The notes beneath the pieces were generated by a model. It worked only from the letters and a program-made list of their open reading frames with translations. It had not been told where the DNA came from and did not search any database. A stretch of 37,885 bases of DNA from assembly GCA_001179505.1 (NCBI GenBank), contig CDMY01000636.1:1-37885 (forward strand), given 5' to 3'. Position 1 is the stretch's first letter. Every line of letters starts with the position of its first letter. The DNA is from Vitrella brassicaformis CCMP3155 (Eukaryota; Protista; Chromerida). Shown here in pieces: positions 22,311-34,376 of this stretch. Position numbers and translations under genes: made by a program.

Positions 22311-23877
22311 ACGCGCTGCTGCTGAGCCTGGCTCGCTCAGCAAGACCAACAGCAGCTCAAATCTTCCTTCTTTGGACACTGCAGCAGGTACACACACACA
22401 CACACACACTCACAAGCTCTTTCCATCTCTTTCCATCTTGCTTGTCAGGCCAGGGATGCTTTGGAAGTAGTCGACATCAACCGGCTGCGAGATGCCCTCT
22501 GCGGCCACATCAAAGCACGGGTGAGCATGGCCCAAGGGCAGGAAGGAGGACAAGGACCATGACATTATCTGCTTGTCGCTCAGGTGAGTTCGTTTAGTGT
22601 GGATCCGTGCCAATTTGACACTGGCCAATGTGTTGGAGACCTCTGCATCATCTGGGCGTGGGCCAGCTCGAAGGCGATACCACTGCCGGCTGGTGGTGTC
22701 TTGCCCATGCGCGTTGGGAAGAGACTCGACGCCGTCACGAGGGCGTATTTCAGCCACCTGTGCGAACAGGTAAGAGGCAATGACGGAGAAACACGTGGCC
22801 CCTGTTCTCTCTTTCGTGATGTCTTCAGGGTGGTGATACCCGTCCGTGTCTGTTCACCCGGCGTGACATCAACTGCAAGGCGCTGGCAGATCTGATCAAC
22901 ACCATCACGCCGGCGGCCAAGCGCAACACCACTACCAGCACTGAAACTACAAACCAACAGAGTGGGCACCGCACCGCGTCCACCCACACGCATGAACGCG
23001 CACCTTATGCCAACGCCCATGTGTGCTGTCGTCATTCGTGTTTGCAGTTTGCTCGTACGTCGACGCACTGAAGGCGTTGGCCGCCTTCTACCACGGCAAA
23101 CGGTCGCATCCCCCGCCAGCGTATCCCTTCGGTTCCCCGCCCGACGTCCACAGCATCACACAAGCACTTGACCTTGGAAAGGTGCCGTCCGGCGTCAGCG
23201 GTGCCTTCAGCAGCCACCGCAGCGGATATGAGATGGATGTCGTCGTGTCGGCGTTGCATCCCCAGGCTGATGACCTGCGGCAGTCTTCACAACAGGTACT
23301 TGACACTTGACACATGTCGTGCTGCACGACCTTTGTCTGCTGTGTTGATTTGTTGCCGCTACAGCAGGCGGTAGAGTTGCGTGCAGCTTCGCACTGCCTC
23401 CACGGCAGAATCGAGAAGCGTCGAGTGGAAAGCAATGCTGCAGCTGATGGTGAGCAGGCAGAGAAGCGTTGGTGGTGCACCATGCGGGACGCATTTGTGG
23501 CTCTCTCAGATGAGGTCGGTGTCGTTCACGGCCACTTCACCTGCCAGAAGCCCACCCGCCCACCTCCCGCCCCGCTGTTCCTCTTCGGTGGTGCGCCATC
23601 GACACCATCGCCATCGGCTGATGAGACGCCGTCACCAGCCGCAGTAGCATCATCGCCCTCCCGTAGGCGGCGTGGGAGAGGGAGAGGGGCGGGGCCAGAG
23701 CAGACCTTTGGACGGGGGCTGACTGCCCCATCGTTTGAAACCTCACCGCCCGACGGTATGCACGTACGCCGACACAAAGGCAGGAAGGAATGCTCGGTTG
23801 TGCTGTTGGTTGATGTGCAGAACCAGCCGGCAAGAGGAGCAGACGGCCAGAGAGACGGGGGGAGTGAGGTGACGTGA
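22311..23877 (+). CDS. Hypothetical multi-exon protein, possibly a continuation of the upstream RCC1 gene
   Basis: Phase-consistent exons SDALLLSLARSARPTAAQIFLLWTLQQ / ARDALEVVDINRLRDALCGHIKAR / VSSFSVDPCQF..HLCEQ / GGDTRPCLF.. / ICSYVDALKALAAF.. / QAVELRAASHCL.. Confidence 0.55.
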
Positions 23878-23923
23878 GGTGAGGTGTGCAGAATTCCAAG
23901 CTTCGTTGGTGCTTTGCTTGCTG

Positions 23924-23956
<33 letters not shown>

Positions 23957-24806
23957 CTGGACTTGATGCCGTCTGTCCCTGTGTTGATTGGGTGTGACCG
24001 AGCGCACCTGGTACATCCCTGTATGTGTGTGTGACTCAAATGAATTTCGTCCTAACTTGAGTGAGTTAGCAGTCTAGTTGAGTTCGTGAGATGCCGTCCG
24101 TGAGTTTGTGGTGACCGACCTGAGCTGATCTGCACTGCACTGCACTGCACCGGACTCCATCCACACGGCAATCAATGCTAGGTAGCTTAGCGTACATGTG
24201 TGTTTCAGAGAGAGAGCTCTCACTGCTCGCCTGCAGACAGACGGACGGAAGCATCACGAGACATCTGGCAGTTCACTGTTCCTGCGTCACCTACCTGATA
24301 CTTCCAATGCCGTCGTATCGGCCGCGTCTTTGAGCTCAGCGGGTCTCTTTGTTTGCTCGTGTGGCGAGCGATGCCTTCTTCACAGGCTGCCATGCATGTG
24401 TCTGAATGGTTTACCTGGCGATGTGTGGTGTAGCCGCATGTGTGTGTGAACAAGGCCTGAATGACAGACAGACTTGCTATGCTGCGTGCCCCTTCATTCA
24501 ATGCGATTGATGGCATGCATTTGAAGATTCACTGGATCAATGGGCAGAAACTGCGGTCGTCTCCAGCCAACCTCAAAGCATCATCAGCTGTACATTTCAT
24601 GTTCTTTCTACTCACATCCTTCACGCGACAAGAAAACACCTGAGGCAATGCGAGCAGGCAGACAAGAGACCGGCATGCAGGCAGGCATGCGACCCTCTGA
24701 GCGACCCTATCGACACCCACTCCCCCTCTGCAGCATGCCTGCCTGGTCCCTCGATGGGATTGCTACAGGTATCCCTACAGCTATGGCTACGTCATATCTC
24801 GTCCGG

Positions 24807-27800
24807 TCAGTTCTGCATCTTGGCGCTGCTGCTGTCGGCCGACCGCTGGTGCGTCTTGAGCAGCACCTCCAGCTCGGCCACGTCACTGTCCTCCAGCAGA
24901 CACTTGTCGTACACACTCTCCACCGACATCTACACAACCACATCCATGCGTCGAGGTGGCGTGTGTGTGTGGATATCTACCGTGTAGCCCTCTTTCTTGG
25001 CGATTTTGGCCAGGAGCCTCTTCATGTTGTCCCACAGCACACGCAGCTGCGAGTCGGCCGCTATGGCGCTCTCGTCGGCCAACTCGCGGGGCTGCACACA
25101 TACACATACACACATGGAGCCAACGACATTTATGCTGTCTGTCTGTCTGCGTGTCTGCCTGTGAGCCCTCTCGCCCACCCAAAGGTCGAGTTTGTTGGCA
25201 GGCGTCTTGATATGTGTGTCGTTGCGTGCGATGCGGATGGCACAGTGGGCGCACATGGTGGCCAGCTGGGCGGGAGACAGCGACACGAACACATGATAAC
25301 CGAACGACAAATACTGAACACACACACACGCACAAACACACACGCGCGTCGATAGAAACACCACACCCAGGTCTATGTGTCGACATACATACCATAAGTA
25401 TGGTGGCCTTCTGAATCACGTATTCCTTGACGCTCTCATCGCCCCACTGCACCGCACGGCCATACCGACGCAGCGCGCGGAACGGCGAGGGGTAGTACAC
25501 GGCGAAGTCGAGCACCCGCAGCACGTCGCTCTGGACGGCCTTGAGGGTGGCCACGGGGGCTGGCTGGTCGCCGTCGTCAAGGATGATGTCTTGCTTGCCT
25601 GCAAAGCCGCTCTGGAAGCCCTCGCACTCCTCGTCGATATCGTCGATGCAGTGGTCGTTCATGTAGGCCAAACTCAGACACACGACACCCGTCTGAATGA
25701 ATGAAAGGAGGAATGTACCCAATGCATTGGGGGGGGGGTCACCGAAGGGGAGTGAGTGAGTGTGTGTGTGTGTGTGTGCCTACCACCAGGTATTGGTATC
25801 TGGTGAGGGGTTTGATGCCCTTGCCGGCCACGAGCTGCTCCTGGTACCGCCAATACACATAACGGTCCACCTGACAACACCACACCACAGCACAGCACCA
25901 CCCATCCCAAATTCCTCTCGCCCATCCCCCACCCACCGGCCCACCATATTGATGGCCGTGGCGATGCCGTCCTCGCCAAGCGACAGGTCGTTCTCACCCC
26001 CATCGTCGTCATCCTCATCCTCATCTTCATCGTCGACACACGCCGTGACGTCGTTCCAGCACACAAACCGGTCCCACAGCCTGGCGCGCAGGGCCGGCAG
26101 CTGGATGTCGCCGCCGCCGTCACCACCGCCATCGCCAGTCAGGAGCTGCTGGCTGTGGGTGGCGAAGAAGTCGCTGTCTGGCAGGGTGAATCTGCGGTGC
26201 TTGTCGTGCTGCAGATGCATGCAAAATACGAGAGAGATTCCAACAGGGAGGCGCGGCTGGCATTTGGTGTGGCTTGGCAGACGGACGTACTTCGATAGTC
26301 CTGAGGTGCTGTGGTCTGTAGTTGTCAGGTCGGTTGAGTCGGGTCGACGGCTGCCGCCCCTCCATGTACGAGGCGTACTGGTACACTTGCAGACCCAACA
26401 CACGCTCGAAGAAGGGGTGCCGCAGGGCAGCGGGACCCGTGATGCGCTGCGTGGGGTTCACCTTGAGCAGGCTGACACAACAACACACACACGAAAGAAG
26501 GAGGGTGCAGACAGACAGACAGACAGACACACAGACAGACTCACGTAGAGTACCTTTCCAGTAGGTCGATGGCAAGGGCTTCTGTTTCGGCGTCCATGTC
26601 TTGTCGAGGCGGGTCTGCACTCTTGAGCATGTCCTTCAGGGTGCAGCCGTCCTGCGGCTCCTCACCGCCGTCGAACCCCTCCATCATCTGCCCGCCCATT
26701 CACGTCAGTCAGGCCTGTGTGTGCAACATAACATACACACCTGTTCGTAGTTGTCGAGTCTCTCCACGCCCTTCCAGGTGCGATTCGTCGGCTTGCCTAC
26801 ACAAAGACACACACCGGATGGCATTGCACGCGCCGCACCGTTGCCACCCCAACCGGCGAATGGGTGGGTATCCGTTGGTCTCTTCTGTTTGGTTACCCAC
26901 CGAATGCTCTTGCGATTTCCACGAGTGTCTCGCGCTCCTCATCCAACCGCAGCACCTCTGGATGCTCCCCAGCAAACAGCAGACGGCCAGTCAGCAGCTC
27001 GCCGAAGATGCACCCCACCGCCCAGATGTCCACCTGTCGCATGCCATGGGCACACGCAAAGACACGCAAAGACAGCCGGATGTGACGTGCACTGCACGGG
27101 ATGCGATGCGATGCGTACGGCACTGAAGTAGTCTCGCTGGCCCAGGATGATCTCTGTCAGATCAGACACACAAAAGGATCGAAAAAGGGGAAGGGACTTT
27201 CGTACAAGACAAGTGGTAGAGAGAGAGAGGGGGGCCCCCATGATCTGTCTGTCTGCCTGTGTGACCTGGTGGGCAGTAAATCTTGGTGCCGACGCCTCGC
27301 GGGCTGCGCGACACGTAGGGAGTGGCGGGGGTCGCCTGGGCCATCCTATACATAACACACACATCCACAGAGAGAAAGCGGTTCAGACAGACGTGGACGA
27401 ATGTAACTGTGGGGGCGTCCATTCGCGAGGCTCACCCGAAGTCGCAGATCCTGACGTAGTGGACGTCCTTTGGCCGTCCGTGTTGGTTCAGCTTCAGCAG
27501 AATGTTGGATGGCTTCAAATCACAATGCATCACTGCACGAGAGCAACAGAATGACGAGAGCAATAAAGAAGCGCCACATGTGGCAGCAAGTGATCATTAC
27601 CCACCCTGCTTGCCGCCAGGACCGCCCGTGTGCATGTGAGTCACGCCCTTGACACACAGACACAGGTAGGGAGAAGAAAGAGAGACCGTCAGAAGCACAT
27701 GGTGTGACCCCGCTCGTCACTCCATCAGTCAGTCAGTCAGTCGTCCCTACCAGTAGGATTTGGTATAGGATCTCAGCGACCATCTTGATCTGCATCTGGT

Positions 27801-28077
27801 CACTCAGCGACCGGTGGTACTGGCTCAGGTTCTCATCACCCAACTCCTGACAACACAAACAACACACACAGCGTCGCATGTGTGTGTCAGCCGCCAGCCC
27901 ATTCCACATCGCTCACGAGTATGAGGTAGCTCGTGTTGGTGTTGGGGTCGACGTAGGCGGCGTGCAGCTTGGTGATGGAGGGATGTCGGGCGGCACGCAG
28001 CGTCGCCGCCTCCAGGTACGTATCCGACGACAGATGATTCACACGACTGGGGTAGCGCGACTCCGGGTCGACAGTCG

Positions 28078-28110
<33 letters not shown>

Positions 28111-28644
28111 GGCACACACACATGTATCCCACAGCCACTGCATCCGCATCAGGGCCTTCCTCCCTCCCTCCCCCTTGCGCACCTTCTTGATGGCGTAGCA
28201 CCCTCCCTCCAGCTTGAGCCCAGGTTCCACCGCCAGCTTGGCGGCGACGTCATCGGTGACCACACACCTGTACACCTCACCGAATGAGCCCCCGCCCAGC
28301 CGCTCCGGCTGCAGCTCATGCGTGTCGAGCCCCAGATCTAGCAGAGATCTGCCGCCGGCCGTCATCTGCCGGAGTCTGCCGGTGATCGGGATGATGAGCT
28401 TGGAGAGGAAGGGGTCTGATGCCACCTCGTAGTCCATGGCTGGCAGAACCTGCAGCCAGCAGGACCAACAGACAGAAGGGCAAAGGACGCATTCGGTGAG
28501 GATCAATTGCCAATGGTGGGTGGATGGATGAATGTTTTTGCTTTCTTGTCGCTGCACCTCCTCGCCGTCGGAGCGCCATTGCGAGCTTAGATCTTGGAGG
28601 GAAAGTGAAGTGGAGAGGCGTTCATCTTCGTGCTCATCGATCAT
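24807..28644 (-). CDS. CDK-like kinase fused in frame to a C-terminal cyclin domain
   Basis: Kinase LGGGSFGEVY, YAIKK, YLEAATLRAARHPSITKL, ILELGDENL, HCDLKPSNILL, ICDFGMAQ, VGTKIYCPPEIILG, VDIWAVGCIFGEL, FGKPTNRTWKGV, DLLESLLKVNPTQRITGPAALRHPFF; cyclin box LRARLWDRF, TAINMVDRYV, QYLVTGVVCLSLA, VQSDVLRVLDFAVYYPSPFRALRRY, LSPAQLATMCAHCAI; start at 28644 or 28437. Confidence 0.8.
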
Positions 28645-30941
28645 GTTCAAGAAGCCCGTGACGCTGTCTGCTCGTACGTCGCTGAGCAACAAAGAGAAGA
28701 AGAAGCTGCGTGCGGCGCTCAAGGAGAGGTTCCCGAGCCTGACGGACGTAGATGCGGACCTGCTGGTGCCCGACGGCGACGAGGTGCAGACATGCAAGGT
28801 GCAGGCCACGCGCATCGTCCTCTACTTCAGACACAAGGATCCTGTCATCGTCAACAACGACGGCTCGTTCTTCCCCACTGTCTACGGCCTATGGCTGGTG
28901 AGGCAGCCATATTGATGGCCGCACACACGACACATTGAGGATTGGCATCTGTGTGTCTGTGTGTCAGGTGCCGAGGATGCTTCCGTGTTTCTTGGTGTAT
29001 GCTCCCGTGTCCAAGTTCCTCATGGGCGGCGCAGACCTCATGCTGCCGGGCGTACTGCCGCCCAAGCGATGGCCGCAATTCCAAAAGGGAGAGCTATGGG
29101 CCGTCAGGTCGGTCAGTCAGTCAAGGAAGGAAGGACCACAATCACCACTCACGGCCGCAATGAATGACCCTCTCTTTCGTTGTGTTTTGATGTGTGTCTG
29201 ACAGGGTGATCGAGAATCAGTACCCCATAGCCGTCGGCAAGACGATGGTCAGCAACAAGGACATCTACTACCAGGGCATGCGGGGCCGCGGCCTCGAGCT
29301 CTACCACTCGTTCACCGACCACCTGTGGGAGCTCGGCAGCAGGTCCACACCCAACGCCAGCTTCACAGCGGCCGGCGTGACAGGCAGCGGCGACCCAGAA
29401 GAGACGGAGCTGGGCGAGCCCCCGGAGAAGTTCCCTGCGCTGCCGATAGCTTCCAAGGGAGAAGACGAACAGGCGGCAGGTGGCAGCGAGCGTGGCGATG
29501 AGGACGTGACCAACGGTGGGGTCAAGGAAAACGAGGAAGAGCAGGAGGGAGAGGGAGAGGGAGATGAAGGGGATCGCGACAACGATGACCGCTGCGACGA
29601 GAGGGAAGAGGAAGAACACGAGGAGCAGGAAGAGGCCCAACCATCGTCATCATCAGCATTCGACAACTCGGCGGCTGCAGCCGCTGGTGCTGAGGATGAG
29701 TCCCCAGTCACCGGTCCGCCCCCCGTGACCCTCACCCCCGACCAGATGGATGTCTATCTGCATCACTGCCTGCTGGAGGTGCTCAAGACGTCCGTGCAGG
29801 AGAGCCAGCTGCCCCTCGATGCAAGCGCCATCTACAGCCTCATGCTCGCCGCCGCCGACCGAGTGGCGCGACACAAGGTGCTCATCGAGGCGCTCGAGAA
29901 GACTGGCATCGCCGACGAGGCCGTCAAGGCCTTCCTCCTTGCCCCCCCGCCCCTGGACGTCAAGCGGTCCTCTCACAAGAAGGTGCCCAAGCTGTTCACC
30001 CATGCGGCCAAGGCCAAGCTGCTCACCACCAAGGAGCAGCGCGGCAACCAGATCATCACCGGCATCAACAAGCAGCACCCCCAGGTCACCGCATACACAC
30101 CAGCCCCCGAGCGACCCAAACCATCAGCAGCCGCAGCCGCCAGCAGCTCATCTTCATCTCAGCAACAGCAGGGCCCCAGCAGCAGCAGCGCCGGCAATGC
30201 GAATACCACCGGCGATATGGTGCAGGTGTTGGAGTTCTACAAGCCCGGTCAGCGTGTGCAGCCGGTGTTTGCGGCGGCGGGCATCAAGACGGGCAAGGAG
30301 CGTTTCTTCACCATCCAGGAGTGCCGCGAGGCCGTCAACAAGTACGTCAGCGAGCGCCTGCCGGCGGAGGGCGACAAGGGCAAGAGTGTGGTGCTGGACG
30401 CAATCCTGGCGTCAGCGGCTGGCATGAAGGGTCAGGACGGCACCGAGGTGGCCAAGGCCGAGCTGTGGAAGAAGGTGCAGAACAACCTCGACGACTACTT
30501 CTGTGTCGTACACCCGGGCAAAGACCATGCAGGTCAGTCAACACAACACACGAGTTCACACTTTTGCCTCTAATGTGTCCATTCTCTCTCTCTCTCTCTG
30601 TGCGTGTGTGGTGTGCAGTTGACCCAGTGAGTATCAAGAAGGGTCCGATAAGCAAGATAGAGGTGTCTGTTGAGGACCGGTCTGGCGGCCGCAAGCACAC
30701 GACCCACGTCCTGCACCTGGCCACCTACCACTTGGACGAGCAGGCCGTGGCTGAGTATCTGTCCAGGAAGCTGGCCTGCAGCAGCAGCACATACGAGCTG
30801 CCCGGCAAGGGCGACAAGGGCGGCACTGCCGTCATGGTGCAGGGCAGCGCGGCCAAGCAGGTGGCGGAGCTGCTCACCACCGAGTTCAAGGTGCCCCGCA
30901 AGTACATCGAGACCAAAGACAAGACCAAACCCAAGAAGTGA
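28643..30941 (+). CDS. EIF2D: Eukaryotic translation initiation factor 2D (ligatin)
   Basis: MFKKP..KEKKKLR N-terminus, FFPTVYGLW, PUA domain VSKFLMGGADLMLPGV..PIAVG, DVKRSSHKKVPKL, C-terminal SUI1 domain RSGGRKHTTHV..LACSSS..VMVQG..FKVPRKYIE; phase-consistent introns. Confidence 0.93.
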
Positions 30942-31385
30942 CTGACGCGACGCATCACATCGCATGGGTATGTGGGTGGCTTGATGGTATGGTAGGATAG
31001 GCATACGGACGTTTCTATTTTATGGTAGTGTGGTCAGTCTAGTGTCCACTGTTGACTATGTAAGTGAGTGAGCCTCCCTCGGACGGAGTTGTCTAGAGGC
31101 CTCGGCGTTCTAAGTGGTTGACAGACAAGCATGCATTGAGATTAATGTCTGGTACGATAAGCTGAGAGACCTTGTAAGCTGTACCTGCATTCTCCACACC
31201 TCACCTGCCGCCCCTGGAATGAATGCGAGCTGAGATCCGAAGGAGATCGCGTGCAGATCTGGCAAGCGAAGACAGGTGACCGAAGGCGGGTGAGAATGCA
31301 CCACCCAAGCAGATCCGGATGATATCAGTTGAAATGGATTCATCGCCGTTGCTATTTGTCCCATCTCATTGATTCGTCAGGCGAG

Positions 31386-32162
31386 ATGATGCTATTGGGC
31401 TCCCCCCGCGGCCTCCGCGTCATGACTCTGGAGGAGGCCGGTGATCAGCTCATCCAGGCGGAGAAGATGGCCAAGCGCACCGTCATCTATGCCCTCACGG
31501 CGATTAACTGCCTGCTGGGCCTGCTGGGCCTGATGGTCCTCGTTCTCGCCAGCAGCCACATCAACCGCGAGCACCTAGCCACTCAGGAGACGACCATCAA
31601 GACCCTGCAGCAGCAGATTGTGAACAAGGACGCACTGATTGGTGAGGCAGAGGCGGCAAACGTGCTGCTGGTGGAGCAGCTGGCGACAGCCGCCGCGGAT
31701 CTGCAGAACAAGACCGCCGCCATCACGGCCTTTCACGAGCAGGTGGAACGACTCACGGAGGATCTTGACAACACGACAGAGGCACTGCAGCAGAGGGACG
31801 AGGCCATTCTGGCTCTCGAGGAGCAATTCCAGGCCACTGAGAGAGCCCTCGCCCGAGCGAATGGACTTCTGGACAAGGGGCGCGGGGCACTCAACCGCAT
31901 CTTCTGGATCACAGCCGGTGCTCTCTCCCTCACCGTCTGCTGCTGGGCAGGAGGCGTGATGGCCACCTGGCTGCATGAGAAGACGAGAGAAGAGAAAGAA
32001 ACTTCCATTAACCGTAACACCCTGCATGAGAAGACTGCTTCAGCAAAGGGAGGGAGGTGTAACGTGACGCCGAGGGACCTCTGCCTCAGGTGGCCTGCAA
32101 GAGAGAGGAGAGGGGCGATTGTGACTGGACTTGGCTGCACATATGTGGGGTGGGTAATGTAA
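31386..32162 (+). CDS. Intronless TM - coiled coil - TM protein
   Basis: TM1 VIYALTAINCLLGLLGLMVLVLA; about 110-aa heptad-rich segment; TM2 IFWITAGALSLTVCCWAGGVMATWL; 3' end uncertain. Confidence 0.65.
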   Translation: MMLLGSPRGLRVMTLEEAGDQLIQAEKMAKRTVIYALTAINCLLGLLGLMVLVLASSHINREHLATQETTIKTLQQQIVNKDALIGEAEAANVLLVEQLATAAADLQNKTAAITAFHEQVERLTEDLDNTTEALQQRDEAILALEEQFQATERALARANGLLDKGRGALNRIFWITAGALSLTVCCWAGGVMATWLHEKTREEKETSINRNTLHEKTASAKGGRCNVTPRDLCLRWPARERRGAIVTGLGCTYVGWVM

Positions 32163-33129
32163 GGCGTTTGTGTGATTGTGAATGGCCGGCCAAAGCGGCT
32201 GTGAGGGAGGGACTCACTTGGCTGACTGACTGGATTAGCCTGACCTGTGGTGTTCGTCTGGCCTTGGGTGACTGACTGGCCGGGGAGATCAGATCGGGGA
32301 GGGGCATGGGCAGGGGCAGGGGCATTTGTGTGCAGCACGCACAGCTTGTGTGACTGCTGCGCTGCTCTACTGACTGACTACTGTGTCACCTGGGAAAGGG
32401 TCCAGACACGTTCATCATATCAGACGGAGTTCACTTGAGTCAATCGTGTGCATTTAATCAACGCACATCCCTCTGACTGTCGATCTCACGCACCGCCATT
32501 TAAAGCTCATGCATTGGTCCCTTCAGACATGCAACGCCGTCAGATCCCTCAATCCATCCATCCCTGTGTAAGTGCACACGCGCACATGGAACACGGGAGA
32601 CATTGCAAAAGGGACGTCAAGATATAAAATGTAGGCACCGATTGCCTGTCCTCCCGCCGTGCCAGCACTCACTGGCTCCGGCCACTCATCATCAGGCATC
32701 TCATCGTCCCCCCACTGATGAGCTGAGCCGGCAATAAAGGCAGATAGACACTCACAGGAAAAATCCCCCCCCCCCGCCCCCTGGCCCGCTCCTCAGTTGT
32801 TCGACTTGACGTGTGCACGCCATTCTTCACACATTCAGACAAATGCACCCACCGATTTGCAGGCAATGGACCGAAATGCTAGACAAATGTTCTCCCATGT
32901 GTGGCTGTTCGGCACCACAGTTGTGCATCGGTAATCATGCAAGGGGAGGCTGGATCAGGCAACAAAAGGGAAAAGGCACAGCCGGGCGACCAAGATTGGT
33001 GGCATCCAAAAAAGGCCAAAACATGGCCAAAACGGAGTCAGTGTCTGTTGACGGTGACCCTGGCTCGATGGACGGCCCCCCGACACACAGACACGGCATT
33101 AGGGGTGTTTGCACGTCAGGCCTTCTCGC

Positions 33130-33173
33130 GTCAAGTCATCTCGACGCCCCCCCAAGCGTCGAGATGACTTGAC
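33130..33173. repeat. Perfect 18-bp inverted repeat with 8-nt loop
   Basis: gtcaagtcatctcgacgc-ccccccaa-gcgtcgagatgacttgac. Confidence 0.95.
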
Positions 33174-33379
33174 ACGCTGAAGCCTGAATGCAACGCCGCC
33201 CGACATGCAAACGACCCCTCGCCCATCCAGGCATTCCATCGAGAAAAGCTCAAGTACACGCGTCACACCATCAGGGATTGCCGGCCACTCACAGACAGCA
33301 CACAGAGGTCACGGATGTCGATGTCTGTCTTGTGTGTCCTCTAAAAGGGGGATGGGCCACCGCGTCCTGTGGACACACA

Positions 33380-33414
<35 letters not shown>

Positions 33415-33875
33415 CAAGGCTGTGTTTGGTTTCTGCCCTGGATGTGTGTGCGTGTTCGCGACTTGGTGCGCTTGTCATTCACCTCACCTCGTGGCGTGGG
33501 CAGCCCCCGCCCCCTCGGACCTCCACGTGCCGCCGCCATCCATCATATAATATATGACATCCAAGAGGGTACGAAACGGCCGGCCAGCCAGGCGAACGAA
33601 CACAAAAGGAAAAATGTGCAGACAGAGACAGAGAGAGAGAGAGAGAGAGAGACAGGAAGGCAGACAGACAGCTGGATGGACACACCGAGATAGACACACC
33701 AAGCACCTCAGTCGGTCAGTCAGTCGATTGATTCAGTCATCGACTCAATGAATGCAGCCAGTGTCTACGGTGGTGTGGTGTGTGTGAACAGTTCGGTCAT
33801 GGCTGCACAGTAAGTACTGTGTGTGGAAGTAAGTCATGTGCACGTGCATGTGATTGTGTGGTGTGGTGCATGGCA

Positions 33876-34376
33876 ATAGGGCTGACCAGCCGTGTGCGCT
33901 GCACTGCAAATCGGTCGCCGGCCCTCCGCCAGGACTCCTCAGCCTTCAGCAGCTTCCCTGCAAGGAAAGCATTCAGAGGCACATGAACGATGACCCCTTC
34001 CATCACATCATCGTGGCGGCGTACCTCCCAAGTAGTGGTGGTTCTCCAGAAGCTTGAGCAGGTCCATCTCGAGGCTCCGGCGCGTCATGCGGCTGAGCAC
34101 TGCAGTCAGTCATCACAGACGGCAAGAGAGGACACACAATGACGGAGAAGAAACGAGCATGCAGTGAGAACGGCCTTTCGGCGCCCCGCCCTCCCTCTTG
34201 CCCCGTCTGTCCGTCCGTCTAGTGTCTGTCTGTTTACTGGCTGGCTGCATGGCTATCCATGTGTCCTCCTTACACTGCCGCAGACGCGCCATCCTGTCTT
34301 TCCTCGCCGTCGGCCACTGCCCGAACTTTCGAGCGTCTCTAAACAGGTAGGCCTGCTGGGTACCGGTCGCCATGGC
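33876..34376 (-). repeat. Copy A of a spliced gene unit (MAT(G/D)TQ..YLFR..WIAM / LSRMTRR.L..DLLKLLENH.YL)
   Basis: Homologous to 34466-34886 and 36512-37018 including introns; aaggaaagcattcagagg anchors at 33962, 34466 and 36599. Confidence 0.9.

Noticed and set aside
25760-26548. 262-aa plus-strand ORF
   Set aside because: Antisense to the kinase-cyclin exons; the poly-Ser run simply mirrors the acidic insert.
27430-27440. Apparent stop right after DFG in the kinase
   Set aside because: It lies in an intron: GG|gtgagc...tatag|G restores DFGMAQ.
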